DNA of 64,000 nt, taken from NCBI RefSeq assembly GCF_963921235.1, contig NC_086097.1:105960001-106024000 (forward strand), in the 5' to 3' direction. Every line of letters begins with the position of its first letter. Within the stretch, counting starts at the first letter, position 1. Shown here piece after piece: positions 49,732-60,155 of the stretch. The stretch comes from Mobula hypostoma. Its lineage: Eukaryota. The notes beneath the pieces were generated by a model that ran no database searches, was not told where the DNA came from, and was given only the letters and a program-made list of their open reading frames with translations. Position numbers and translations under genes: made by a program.

Positions 49732-51355
49732 ACTACTCAACTAAATACCACGAACTAAACTGAACTTTACTCATCATCGTAAGACTATCTATTTAACCCT
49801 AGACTTGAAGAAGCTTGATTTTCATATATTTCCACACTTATACACAGGTTTCCCCCGCTATCCAAAGGTAGAGTGTTCCTATGAAACGGTTCGTTAAGTC
49901 AGAATGTTGTAAAGTGAATAAGCAATTGCCATTTATTAACATGGGAAAAATTTTTGAGCATACCCAGACCCAAAAAATAACGTACAAAATCATGCCAAAT
50001 AACACATAAAACCTAACAGAAACATATAGTAAAAGCAGGAATGATATGATAAACACACAGCCTATATAAAGTAGAAATACTTTTCTGCAGCACAGTCTAG
50101 TGCAGCGAAAATCTCACGGAAGTGCTCTCGGCACAAACACGGTGCAAGCGCTCTCAGCAGAAACACTCTCTCCAGTAACCTTTAAGCTATGAAGCTGCCA
50201 AATCATACCAAATAACACATAAAAATACCCAGCCTATATATAGTAGAAATAATGTATGTACAGTGTAGTTTCACTTACCGGAATTGGGAAGACTCCAATA
50301 AATTGCAGTTTTGTCATGGTTAAACACTTGCTTATATGAATAACCACCTGACGCAATCTGCAATCGCCTCTGATCCGGGCTGACATTTACGTGCCGGGCA
50401 GCACCTAATTAATTAGATTGTTTATTTCGGCTTTTTTCTTAAAGATGTGCTGGGTGCGTTCCGACTACCGCTGCACCGCTGCATTCCTCACAGCAATGTA
50501 TCGGTCAGCTGCCCGGAGGTTGGGGACCACTGCTTAAGCTATGAAGCTGCCCTCGGCTCAGAAACCGATCAAATCACCCATGACTACTTTTAAATTCCAC
50601 TTTCATCACCATCATCCAGTGCTTTCTGTTTCAGCTTATTAAACAGACTGACTGATTTCTCCTTAAGTGTAAGAAAACTTAACGGAACACCATGCTTTGT
50701 ACACCCATCAATCCACTCAAGCAATAGACTTTCCACTTTATCCATTATTGGATGCCAACTAAGAGAGACCACTTTGCTACAAGCAGAACCAACAGTAACA
50801 TCGGCATCTTTCAATATTCTTTCTCTCTGCTTATAAATAGTGCGAGTGGTGGACGCAGGCAAGTTCAACACGCGGACAATGTCCTTACTTCGTTCACCAT
50901 GATCGAAACGCTTAATTATGCCTAGTTTTACGCTAAGTGTAACACCCTTACGAGCTCTTTTAGGCTTTTCCGATACCTTAGAACTCATCTTGCTAATGGA
51001 TGCACAAAATAAATCGAGATAAAACACGTGTTTAAGCAATGCAGCTCCGGGGGAGGAGCTTGGCTGTTTGGGGCGCATGCTGCCTTTTCTCACACACCAC
51101 TTTTTTTCACGTCTGCCTTTTTTCTTAACAGTGAAAGCACCTTCTATTAGCGAAAACAGGTAACTAATGTAGGTCTTTTAAACAGCGAGGTGTCGTAAAG
51201 CGAACATTCTGAAAATGTTACTAACCTGTTTTATATATCTGATTTTATATTACTGTATTGCATAGTAATAAATAATATTAGTTAATAGCAAATACTGAAC
51301 TCCAAATTGTTTTCCATTTCTGCTGGCTCTTTAACCCATAACAGGGTACGAAACA
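49116..51355 (+). repeat. 5' LTR, interrupted by Tigger; contains (GA)n and (CT)n tracts
   Basis: Aligns with 55895-56723 at both ends. Confidence 0.92.
49845..51215 (-). mobile_element. Tigger/pogo deletion derivative inside the 5' LTR
   Basis: CAGGTTTCCCCCGCTAT terminus; ORF 50590-51093 with psq/CENP-B-type HTH domains (GVTLSVKLGIIKRF, MDKVESLLLEWI); outer bases of the other TIR lost. Confidence 0.85.
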
Positions 51356-51359
51356 AAAT

Positions 51360-51378
51360 TGGGGCCTGTGTCCGTGAT
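51360..51378 (+). promoter_or_regulatory. Primer-binding site, tRNA-Pro-like
   Basis: TGGGGCCTGTGTCCGTGAT just after the LTR, resembling the tRNA-Pro PBS TGGGGGCTCGTCCGGGAT. Confidence 0.65.
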
Positions 51379-51460
51379 ATGAACAAATTGTGTGGGAGGC
51401 TTGTTTAAATTGATTGGGGGAAAATCCCTTTTGATTTGGTTGTGCAGAAAAACAGCAGAA

Positions 51461-52450
51461 ATGGATGTTAGGAAATTTCTGGCATTGTCAAACCCTGTGG
51501 TTTTGAAGAGACCTAAAAAGGATGAGTTGCGAACAATTGTTGAGGAATTGGAACTTAAGATGGTAAAAAAGGGTATGATTAAGGTAGAAATTCAAAGAAA
51601 AATAGTTGAATATTATATTTCGACAAAGCAATTTACTGAGGATGTATTGAAAATGTTTGCTGAAGGTAAAGTACTTACTGAGGCTGAGCTTCAGCTTCAG
51701 TTAGAAAAATTAAGAATGGAGCATGAGTTGCAACTGAAACAGCTCGGGGCTAGAGAGGCAGACAAATGGAGAGAAGAGGCAGAATGACAGAGACAGTTTG
51801 AGAGGGAGATGTAGCAGCTGAGAGGTTTAGTGTCGGACCCTGATGATTTTTACAGCTCGGAAGAGCTTGTTTTGTTTGATGAATTTAAAAGTTGTGTCCC
51901 CTATGATGTAAGGGCATACCTAGATGAAGAGGATGCTTCCACCCTGCGGGGGTCTGTTAAGAAAGCAGACAAAGTTGTTTTAACCCATGAGGTTGAGTTT
52001 ACTCCAGATGAGAGTTACCTAGAGAGTAGCTGGGAGATTCAGGGTGACCTTGAATTTGAAACTGAGACAAGTGATGAAAGCCCAGAAGAGGCAGGTGTTC
52101 TGATTGCCTGTGTTCAGGTTGCTGAGGTACCTGTGGATTCACAGGGTACTGAACCTTGTGTTGAAACTCAGTTAAGGTCTGAGCTGTCTGACTTGGTTGG
52201 AAAGGAATGCAGTTCTTTTGTGTCAGATGGTTTTGGTTCAATGAATAAGGGGTTAACCTTGGTACCAGTGGAAATTGAGAATTCTCAGTCACTTGTATTA
52301 GACAGTGTTCTAAAAGTTAGTGATGAGATAAAAATTAGTGAGGTAAGTGTTACCGAAAATATTGAGAAAAGGGTTGTCTCTGGACTTCTGAGTAAAGTAC
52401 TTGTGAAGGTTGGATTGGTTTCGCGACCTTTTCCCCTGCTGAGGAAGTAA
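51461..52450 (+). pseudogene. Gypsy gag and protease remnant with SCAN-like capsid C-terminal segment
   Basis: MDVRKFL...KKDEL N-terminus, coiled coil, ELVLFDEFKSCVPYDVRAYLDE..TL...ADKVVLTH; protease region lacks DTG. Confidence 0.7.
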
Positions 52451-53154
52451 GTGCCATTCTGTTGAATTTAGTTTTGACGTTTGGAGGTAAACACCTTCAA
52501 GGTTATGATGCTATTCATGATGATGTTGTGGAGAAGAAGGGGGATTGTTATGGTTTTGAGGAGATGTTACTGGTGGAAGTTGTTATGGAGACAAGTCAAA
52601 ATAAAGGTCATAGAAATGAGATAAATAGGTTGTTTGGCCTCTTCCACAATGTACATATGGTTTTTATAAGTCTGGTGATGGTGCTAAGTTTAGTAAACAA
52701 TATTGGGAGGTTGACACCTCTCCAAGGTAAGGTTGATTTAGCAATCCAACTAATGAGCAAAGCTATTGCTAAAGATTCACACAGAAAGACTGATGTTTAT
52801 CCCACATGCGCAATTACTCGAAGCATGTTTACAAAGTCTGCTGAGGACCACGATAGCAAAACCAGGGGTTCAAAGTATGATGATCTGTCACAGACTTCTC
52901 TACCTTCCATGCTACAACAGGATTTGGAGAGTAAGGTGTATGAGAAAGCTTTATCGAGGAAGGAATTTATAGAGGAACAGAATAAAGATTCTGAAGTGGT
53001 GGCTTTAAAGGAGACAGCTCTCACAGAAGAGGAGGTTCAGAGAGAGTCAGTAGGATATTATCTTAAAGATGGGGTGTTGATGAAGAAGTGGAGACCAGCC
53101 ACTGTGCCTGCAAGTGAGTACTGGGCCACTGAACATCAGGTAGTGTTTCTGTAA

Positions 53155-53870
53155 GTGTACAGGGCTGAAATTTTAAACATGGCTTACAGTATGCCTTTAG
53201 GTGGACATTTTGGAATGAGAAAGACAGTGAACAGAATTATGAAGGAATTCTACTGGCCTAATTTAATAGAGGATGTTGTGAATTTTGGCAGGACTTGCCA
53301 TACCTGCCAGGTTGAGGGGAAACTTAATCAGGTTATTCAAGTAACACCACTTAAACCGATACCTGCTTTTGGTGAACCTTTTTCTAGTGTCATAGTGGAT
53401 TGTGTAGGCCCATTACTAAAGACTGCAGCTGGTTGTCAGTATCTGTTAACAATTATGTGTGCTGTGTCTAGGTTCCCTGAATCCGTGCTTCTTGGAAACA
53501 TTAAGGCCAAGACTGTGGTAAAAGCATTCAGTAAGTTTTTCACACTAATTGGTCTGCCCAAAGAAATTCAATTTGATCAGGGTAGAAACTTTACTTCGAG
53601 AACATTCCAGGGGATAGTTGGAGAACTGGGAGCTAAGTGTCATCTGCATATCACACAGAGTCCAAGGGAGCCTTGGAATGGTTCAACTCCACTCTTACGA
53701 CCATGATAAAAACATATTGTGTAAAAAATGGGAAAGACTAGGATGAGGGAGTCCCCCTACTTCTATTTGCTGTTGGAGATACGATTCAAAAATCACTGGA
53801 GTGTAGTCTGTTTGAACCTGTGTTTGGTCACAGTCCAAAAGGACCTTTGGCCCTACTCAGTGAACTGTGG
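53155..53870 (+). pseudogene. Gypsy integrase (HHCC remnant plus catalytic core)
   Basis: GGHFGMRKT..FYWP..CHTCQ, VDCVGPL, QFDQGRNFTS. Confidence 0.9.
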
Positions 53871-54060
53871 TCTGATTTGGAAATATAGGTCAATGTGCGG
53901 AAAAGATTTAATAAGGTTTGTGACCTTGCAAAACACTTGTTTGATAGGATAGCACCTGTGGGTACTGTTAGGAAAACAAATGGAGTCGTAAAGGCTGGAA
54001 ATGAGGTGAAAATCATTTAAACCTGCTGAAACTAGTATCAACAAGGTTTAAGAATTCGTT

Positions 54061-55450
54061 TTGAAAAATATTACTGATAAGGTCCATCAGTTGGAACCTA
54101 CACCACAAGAACAATTGAAGGAGTTAATTAGAAAGCATAAAGATTTATTCCCTGACATTCCAAGATGGTGTACAGCTAAAGTGCATGATGTCATTGTAAA
54201 TTCAGCCCAGCCCATTAAACAACATACTTACAAAATGAACTTAGAGAAAAGCAAAATGGTTGAAAAAGAAACTGGCTACATGCTGACGGCCAGTATCATT
54301 AGGCCATCTACCTCAGACTGGGCGTCGCCCCGCGTCCTTGTCTCTAAACTGGATGGTAGCATGAAATTCTGTACTGACTACAGGAAAATCAATGCCCTAA
54401 CCAAGGCAGATGCTTATTCTACCCCGAGAGTCGATGACTGTATTGATAAAGTGGGAAAGGCTAAGCACCTCACAAAAATTGATCTGTTAGAAGGATATTG
54501 GTGTGTTCCTTTGACCGAAAGGGCCAGAGAAATCTCAGCGTTTGTCACATCTTCAGTGCTGTATGAGTATAATGTTTTACCTTTTGGGATGAAAAATGCT
54601 CCAAGGACATTTCAAAGAATGATCAATTCTGTGATTAGAGGTTTAGAAAACACAGGGGCTTATATCGATGATTTACTAGGCTGGAATGACATGTGGGAAG
54701 AGCATATTGCGGCTGTAGAAAAACTGCTTAAAAGGCTGTCCAAGGCCAATCTTACCGTGAACTTTGATAAGAGTGAGTTTGGTCATGCCACAGTTACATA
54801 TCTGGGCTATGTAGTAGGCCAGGGCCAACTGGCTCCTGTGCAGGCCAAGATTCAAGATATTGCTGAGGTTCCTGTTCCAATGGACAAGAAAGCATGAAGA
54901 AGGTTTTTAGGAATGGTTGGGTATTATCCTATCTTTTGTAAGAACTTTGCTGACATCGTTCTTCCCCTAACGAAACTCCTAGGGCAGAGAGAAAGATTTG
55001 TATAGAGTGATTTTTGCCAGGAGGCATTTGAACACCTGAAAACCATCCTGTGTTATCATCCTGTGCTCAAGGCACATGATTTTCTCTAGCAACCAACGCT
55101 AGTGATGAAGCTGCTGGGGCATTACTATTGCAGAAGGGTGTGGATGACATTGAACACCCAGCAGCTTATTTCTCAAAGAAATTTAATGCGCATCAGAAAA
55201 ATTACTCCACTGTTGAAAAGGAATTACTGGCACTTATTCTGGCTTTACAACATTTTGAAGTCTATGTTTGTTCTGCCTAGAGGCCACTTGTGGTTTACAC
55301 GGATCACAATCCGTTGGTGTTTCTAACTAAGATAAAGGATACGAATGGAAGGTTATTAAATTGGAGTCTGATATTGCAAGAATATGACCTGACAATCAAA
55401 CATGTGAAAGGTACTGACAATATTATAGCTGATTGTTTATCCAGATGTTA
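54061..55450 (+). pseudogene. Gypsy reverse transcriptase plus RNase H
   Basis: FCTDYRKIN, KIDLLEGYW, PFGMKNAP, YIDD, YLGYVVG; then YFSKK..NYSTVEKEL, TDHNPL, IADCLSRC*. Confidence 0.92.
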
Positions 55451-55463
55451 AGTTGGAAATTGT

Positions 55464-55766
55464 GTTGGTGCATGGCCAAGTGGTTGAGGCATTCGTCTAG
55501 TGATCTGAAGGTCATTAGTTCGAGCCTTGGCTGAGACAGCATGTTGTGTCCTTGAGCTTAACCACACATTGCTCTGCGACGACACCGGTGCCAAGCTGTA
55601 TGGGTCCTAATGCCCTTCCCTTGGACAACATCGGTGGTGTGGAGAGGGGAGACTTGTAGCATGGGCAACTGCCGGTCTTCCATACAACCTTGCCCAGGCC
55701 TGCACCTTGGAAACCTTCCAAGGCACAAATCCATGGTCTCACGAGACTAACGGATGCCTATTTTTT
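55464..55766 (+). mobile_element. tRNA/CORE-head SINE with a distinct tail and 16-bp TSD
   Basis: A box TGGCCAAGTGG, B box GTTCGAGCC, GTTGTGTCCTTGAG; TTAAGTTGGAAATTGT at 55448-55463 and 55767-55782. Confidence 0.88.
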
Positions 55767-55894
55767 TTAAGTTGGAAATTGTACACATTTTCGCTCTGTC
55801 ATCTGATGATTATATATGTATTGTTTCAAGCTCTGAAATTTCCAGTTAAACAAAAATTTTGCCTTCATCAAAGATTTCTTTTGAACGAACGGTG

Positions 55895-56723
55895 TGTGAT
55901 GGGGTCCTGAATTACCCTTATGAACTGTGCTTTTGGAAAAGAGAGAGAGAGCTGCCTAACACAGACACCTTGTTAAAAAGAGAAAGAAAGAAAGAGAGAG
56001 AGAGGCGAAGACTGCTCACAGCATGTTTATACTTTCTACAAGGACACTAGCCGTTTCCAAGTTCTTACAGAGAGAGAAGGGAGGAGCTGTTTGATGGACA
56101 GCTAGTATTCAGCACGGTGAGATAAATAGAAGGTCAGATGATAGACTTGGAGACACATGGTTTTGGACACTGAATGAGCTTTGCTGTGCCCACAGAAAAG
56201 GTGGGTTTTGGAGGATCGATCAGGCGGATTGATCAGTGGTTCTCACAGTGTGAAAAGGGAGTGAGCAGTGGGGAGTTATTTCTGTGTCCAACCCTCGCCT
56301 GGGTTGATAATTCCACTACAGAAGAACAGTCCCCTTTGTTGTGGTCACAGTCTGTGACTTCCAGAGGATTTTGGCCGACAATGGGAAGATCAATGGCGCC
56401 AGCTCACCTGAAGAATTAAATCTCTCCCTCTCTCTCTCTCTCTCTATCTCTCCATCACTACTCAACTAAATACCATGAACTGAACTGAACTTTACTCATC
56501 ATCGCAAGACTATCTATTTACCCCTAGACTTGAAAAAGCTTGATTTATATATATTTCCACATACATATTTCCATATATATTCATTGATAACCTGTTCTAT
56601 ATATCTGTTTTATATTACAGTATTGCATAGTTACTAATAAATAATATTAGTTAATAGCAATACTGGACTCCAAAGTGTTTTCCATTTCTGCTGGTTCTTT
56701 AACCCATCACGGAGTACGTGACA
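55895..56723 (+). repeat. 3' LTR (829 bp)
   Basis: TGTGAT...GTGACA; AATAAA near 56636; matches the 5' LTR. Confidence 0.93.
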
Positions 56724-56945
56724 CTCAGCATCTAGGGGTACCACACATTCCAATATCATTTAAGAAGGAGAATAAATAGTATTTAATAACCGATGAATAT
56801 TAAAGTGAGAATATTGATTTTTGATAAATCCAGTTTGGTTATCGGAAATGACAGATGGTAGAATATTTTCAATCTTATGGGCCAAAACGTTAGATAGGAT
56901 CTTAGTATCAACAATAAGTAAAGAAATTGGTCTATAAGAAGAGCA

Positions 56946-57153
56946 ACACAAATAAAAGTTGCTGGTGAATGCAGCAGGCCAGGCAGCATCTCTAGGAAGA
57001 GGTACAGTCGGCGTTTTGGGCTGAGACCGGTCTCAGCTTGAAACGTCGACTCTAGCTCTTCCTAGAGATGCTGCCTGACCTGCTGCATTCACCAGCAACT
57101 TTTATGTGTGTTGCTTGAAATTCCAGCATCTACAGATTTCCTCATGTTTGCAG
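56946..57153. mobile_element. Palindromic Penelope pLTR insertion with 14-bp TSD
   Basis: Arms 56942-57028 and 57029-57115; CTATAAGAAGAGCA at 56932-56945 and 57154-57167. Confidence 0.85.
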
Positions 57154-57590
57154 CTATAAGAAGAGCATTCAGTTGGATCCTTATTCTTTTAAGGATAAGC
57201 GAAATGGAAGCCTCATAAAAAGATTGAGAGAATCTGCTCGACTTGAATGAATCTGAAAAAACTGAACACAAATGAGGTATAAGCAGTGAGGAAAAGATCT
57301 TGTAAAACTCTCCAGAAAATCCATCTGGACCCAGAGCTTTCCTCAAATGTAATGAGTGCACAGCTTCAACAATTTCCTCAAAAGAAGTAGGTTGTTCCAA
57401 CAACTTTCTGTTGTTGGCAAAAATTGTAGGAATGTTTAGTTGGTCTATAATATTGTTCATTACAGTGTTATCCTTAGAAGATTCAGAACTATAGAGTTTA
57501 GAATAAAATTCTCTAAAAGTATCATTTATTTCAAAATAATCAGTTTTCCTATCACCATTAGCATTGCATATTTCTTTAATCTGCTGTTTA

Positions 57591-59422
57591 TATAGAATAG
57601 TACAGCACAGTACAGGCCCTTCGGCCCACAATGTTGTGCCGACCCTCAAACCCTGCCTCCCATATAAGCCCTCACCTTAAATTCTTCCATATACCTGTCC
57701 AGTAGTCTCTTGAACTTCACTAGTGTTTCTGCCTCCACCACTGACTCAGGCAGTGCATTCCACGCAATAACCTCTCTCTGAGTGAAAAACGTTCCTCTAA
57801 TATCCCCCTTAAACTTCCTTAAAGCCATGTCCTCTTGTATTGAGAAGTGGTGCCCTGGGAAAGAGGTGCTGGCTATCCACTCTATCTATTCCTCTTATTA
57901 TCTTGTACACCTCTATCATGTCTCCTCTCATCCTCCCTCTCTCCAAAGAGTAAAGCCCTAGCTCCCTTAATCTCTGATCATAATGCATACTTTCTAAACC
58001 AGGCAGCATCCTGGTAAATCTCCTCTGTACCCTTTCCAATGCTTCCACATCCTTCCTATAGTGAGGCAACCAGAACTGGACACAGTACTCAAAGTGTGGC
58101 CTAACCAGAGTTTTATAGAGCTGCATCATTACATTGCTACTCTTAAGCTCTATCTCTCGACTTATGAAAGCTCACACCCCATAAGCTTTCTTAACTACCC
58201 TATCCACCTGTGAGGCAACTTTCAGGGATCTATGGACATGCACCCCCAGATCCCTCTGCTCCTCCACACTACCAGGTATCCTGCTATTTACTTTGTACTC
58301 TACCTTGGAGTTTGTCCTTCCAAAGTGTACCACCTCACACTTCTCCATCTGCCACTTCCCCACCCACTTCTGCATCCTATCAATGTCTCTCTGCAATCTT
58401 TGACAATCCTCTACACTATCTGCAACACCACCAACCTTTGTGTCGTCTGCAAACTTGCCAACCCACCCTTCTACCCTCACATCCATGTCATTAATAAAAA
58501 TCATAAAAAGTAGAGGTCCCAGAACAGATGCTTGTGGGACACCACTAGTCACAATCCTCCAATCTGAATGTACCCCATCCACCACGACCCTCTGCCTTCT
58601 GCAGGCAAGCCAATTCTGAATCCACCTGGCCAAACTTCCCTGGTTCACATGCCTTCTGACTTTCTGCATAAGCCTACTGTGTGGAACCTAGTGAAATGCC
58701 TTACTAAAATCCATATAGATCACATCCACTGCACTACCCTCATCTATATGCCTGGTCACCTCCTCAAAGAACTCTATCCGGCTTGTTAAACACGATCTGC
58801 CCTTCACAAAGCCATGCTGACTGCCCCTGATCAGACCATGATTCTCTAAATGCCCAGAGATCCTATCTCTAAGAATCTTTTCCAACAGCTTATCCACCAC
58901 AGACGTAAGGCTCATTGGTCTATAATTACCTGGACTTTCCCTACTACCTTTTTTGAACAAGGGGACAACACTTGCCTCCCTCCAATCCTCCGGTACCATT
59001 CCCGTGGACAACGAGGACATAGAGATCCTGGCCAGAGGCTCAGCAATCTCCTCCTTCGCCTCGTGGAACAGCCTGGGGAATATTCCATCAGGCCTCGGGG
59101 ACTTGTCTGTCCGAATGTATTATAACAACTCCAACACCTCCTCTCCCTTAATATCAACATGCTCCAGAACATCAACCTCACTCATATTGTCCTCACCATC
59201 ATCAAGTTCCCTCTCATTGGTGAATACCGAAGAGAAGTATTCATTGAGGACTTCGTTCACTTCCACAGCCTCCAGGCACATCTTCCCACTTTTATCTCTA
59301 ATTGATCCTACCTTCACTCCTGTCATCCTTTTTTTCTTCACATAGTTGAAGAATGCCTTGGGGTTTTCCTTTACCCTACTCACCAAGGCCTTCTCATGCC
59401 CCCTTCTTGCTCTTCTCAGCCC
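57591..59422 (-). mobile_element. CR1 LINE 3' half inserted in L1 ORF2
   Basis: YMDFSKAF, GVPQASVLGP, FADD, LYKTLVRPHFEYC; L1 frame KTFVA|KQQIKEI rejoins across it. Confidence 0.92.
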
Positions 59423-60066
59423 TAGCTACAAAGGTTTTAATTTGATCAGCCAATAATTTACCTGTTTTATCTGCATGAATATAAAATTGACTTCTATCTT
59501 TTAGGAGTTGGGTTTCAATTGGATAGGTTAAAAGGAGATCGTATTTAGTTTTAGTTTCAACATGTCTTTTATATAATGCAGGTTCTGGAGCCAAGGCATA
59601 CTCTTGGTCTAATTGTTTCAGCTGATTAGCTAAATCACTTCTCTCTTTATTAGCTTTTTCCTTAATACTTGCAGTATAAGAAATAATTTGTCCTCTAATA
59701 TACGCCTTAAATGCATCCCATCTGGTAAGACTTGAAGTCTCCCCTAACGTATTCTCTTCAAAAAAAAAGAGTAATTTTCTCTCCATAAACTTTAAAAAAT
59801 CTTTATCAGATTACAAAGTTAAATTAAATCGCCAAAACCTATTTGTTTGAAGAAGACCAGGGAGATCAGATCACAGGAGCAAACTCTTTATATTCACAAG
59901 ATTGAATTGATGGCTATCAATAAAAAAAGATCAATCCTGGAATATGCATGATGGACATGAGAGGAAAACGAATATTCCTTGTCTACTGGGTGAAAACATC
60001 GCTGAGTATCAACAATACCACATTTCATTAAAAAAGATTTAATAAACACAGCTGATTTATTTGGTA

Positions 60067-60155
60067 ACACTCACACGCTGGAGGAACTCAAGAGGTCGGG
60101 CAGCATCTGTGGAAACGATCAGTCAACGTTTCGGGCCGGAACCCTTCGTCAGGAA
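60067..60155 (-). ncRNA. 89-bp Penelope-derived insertion carrying a minimal type-I hammerhead ribozyme motif; 9-bp TSD
   Basis: Minus strand CUGACGA-A-GGGUUCCGGCCC-GAAAC-GUU-GACUG; TATTTGGTA at 60058-60066 and 60156-60164. Confidence 0.7.

Larger units (their letters stand above)
49116..56723 (+). mobile_element. Gmr1-like Ty3/Gypsy LTR retrotransposon (gag-PR-INT-RT-RNH), decayed, 5-bp TSD CTCAG
   Basis: TG...CA LTR pair; CTCAG at 49111-49115 and 56724-56728; domain order read from ORFs. Confidence 0.93.

Noticed and set aside
49421..49744. ORFs with SL or ER dipeptide repeats
   Set aside because: Translations of LTR (CT)n/(GA)n microsatellites
50590..51093. Domesticated TIGD/CENP-B host gene
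   Set aside because: Lies within transposon ends inside one LTR only and has a sibling copy at 35729
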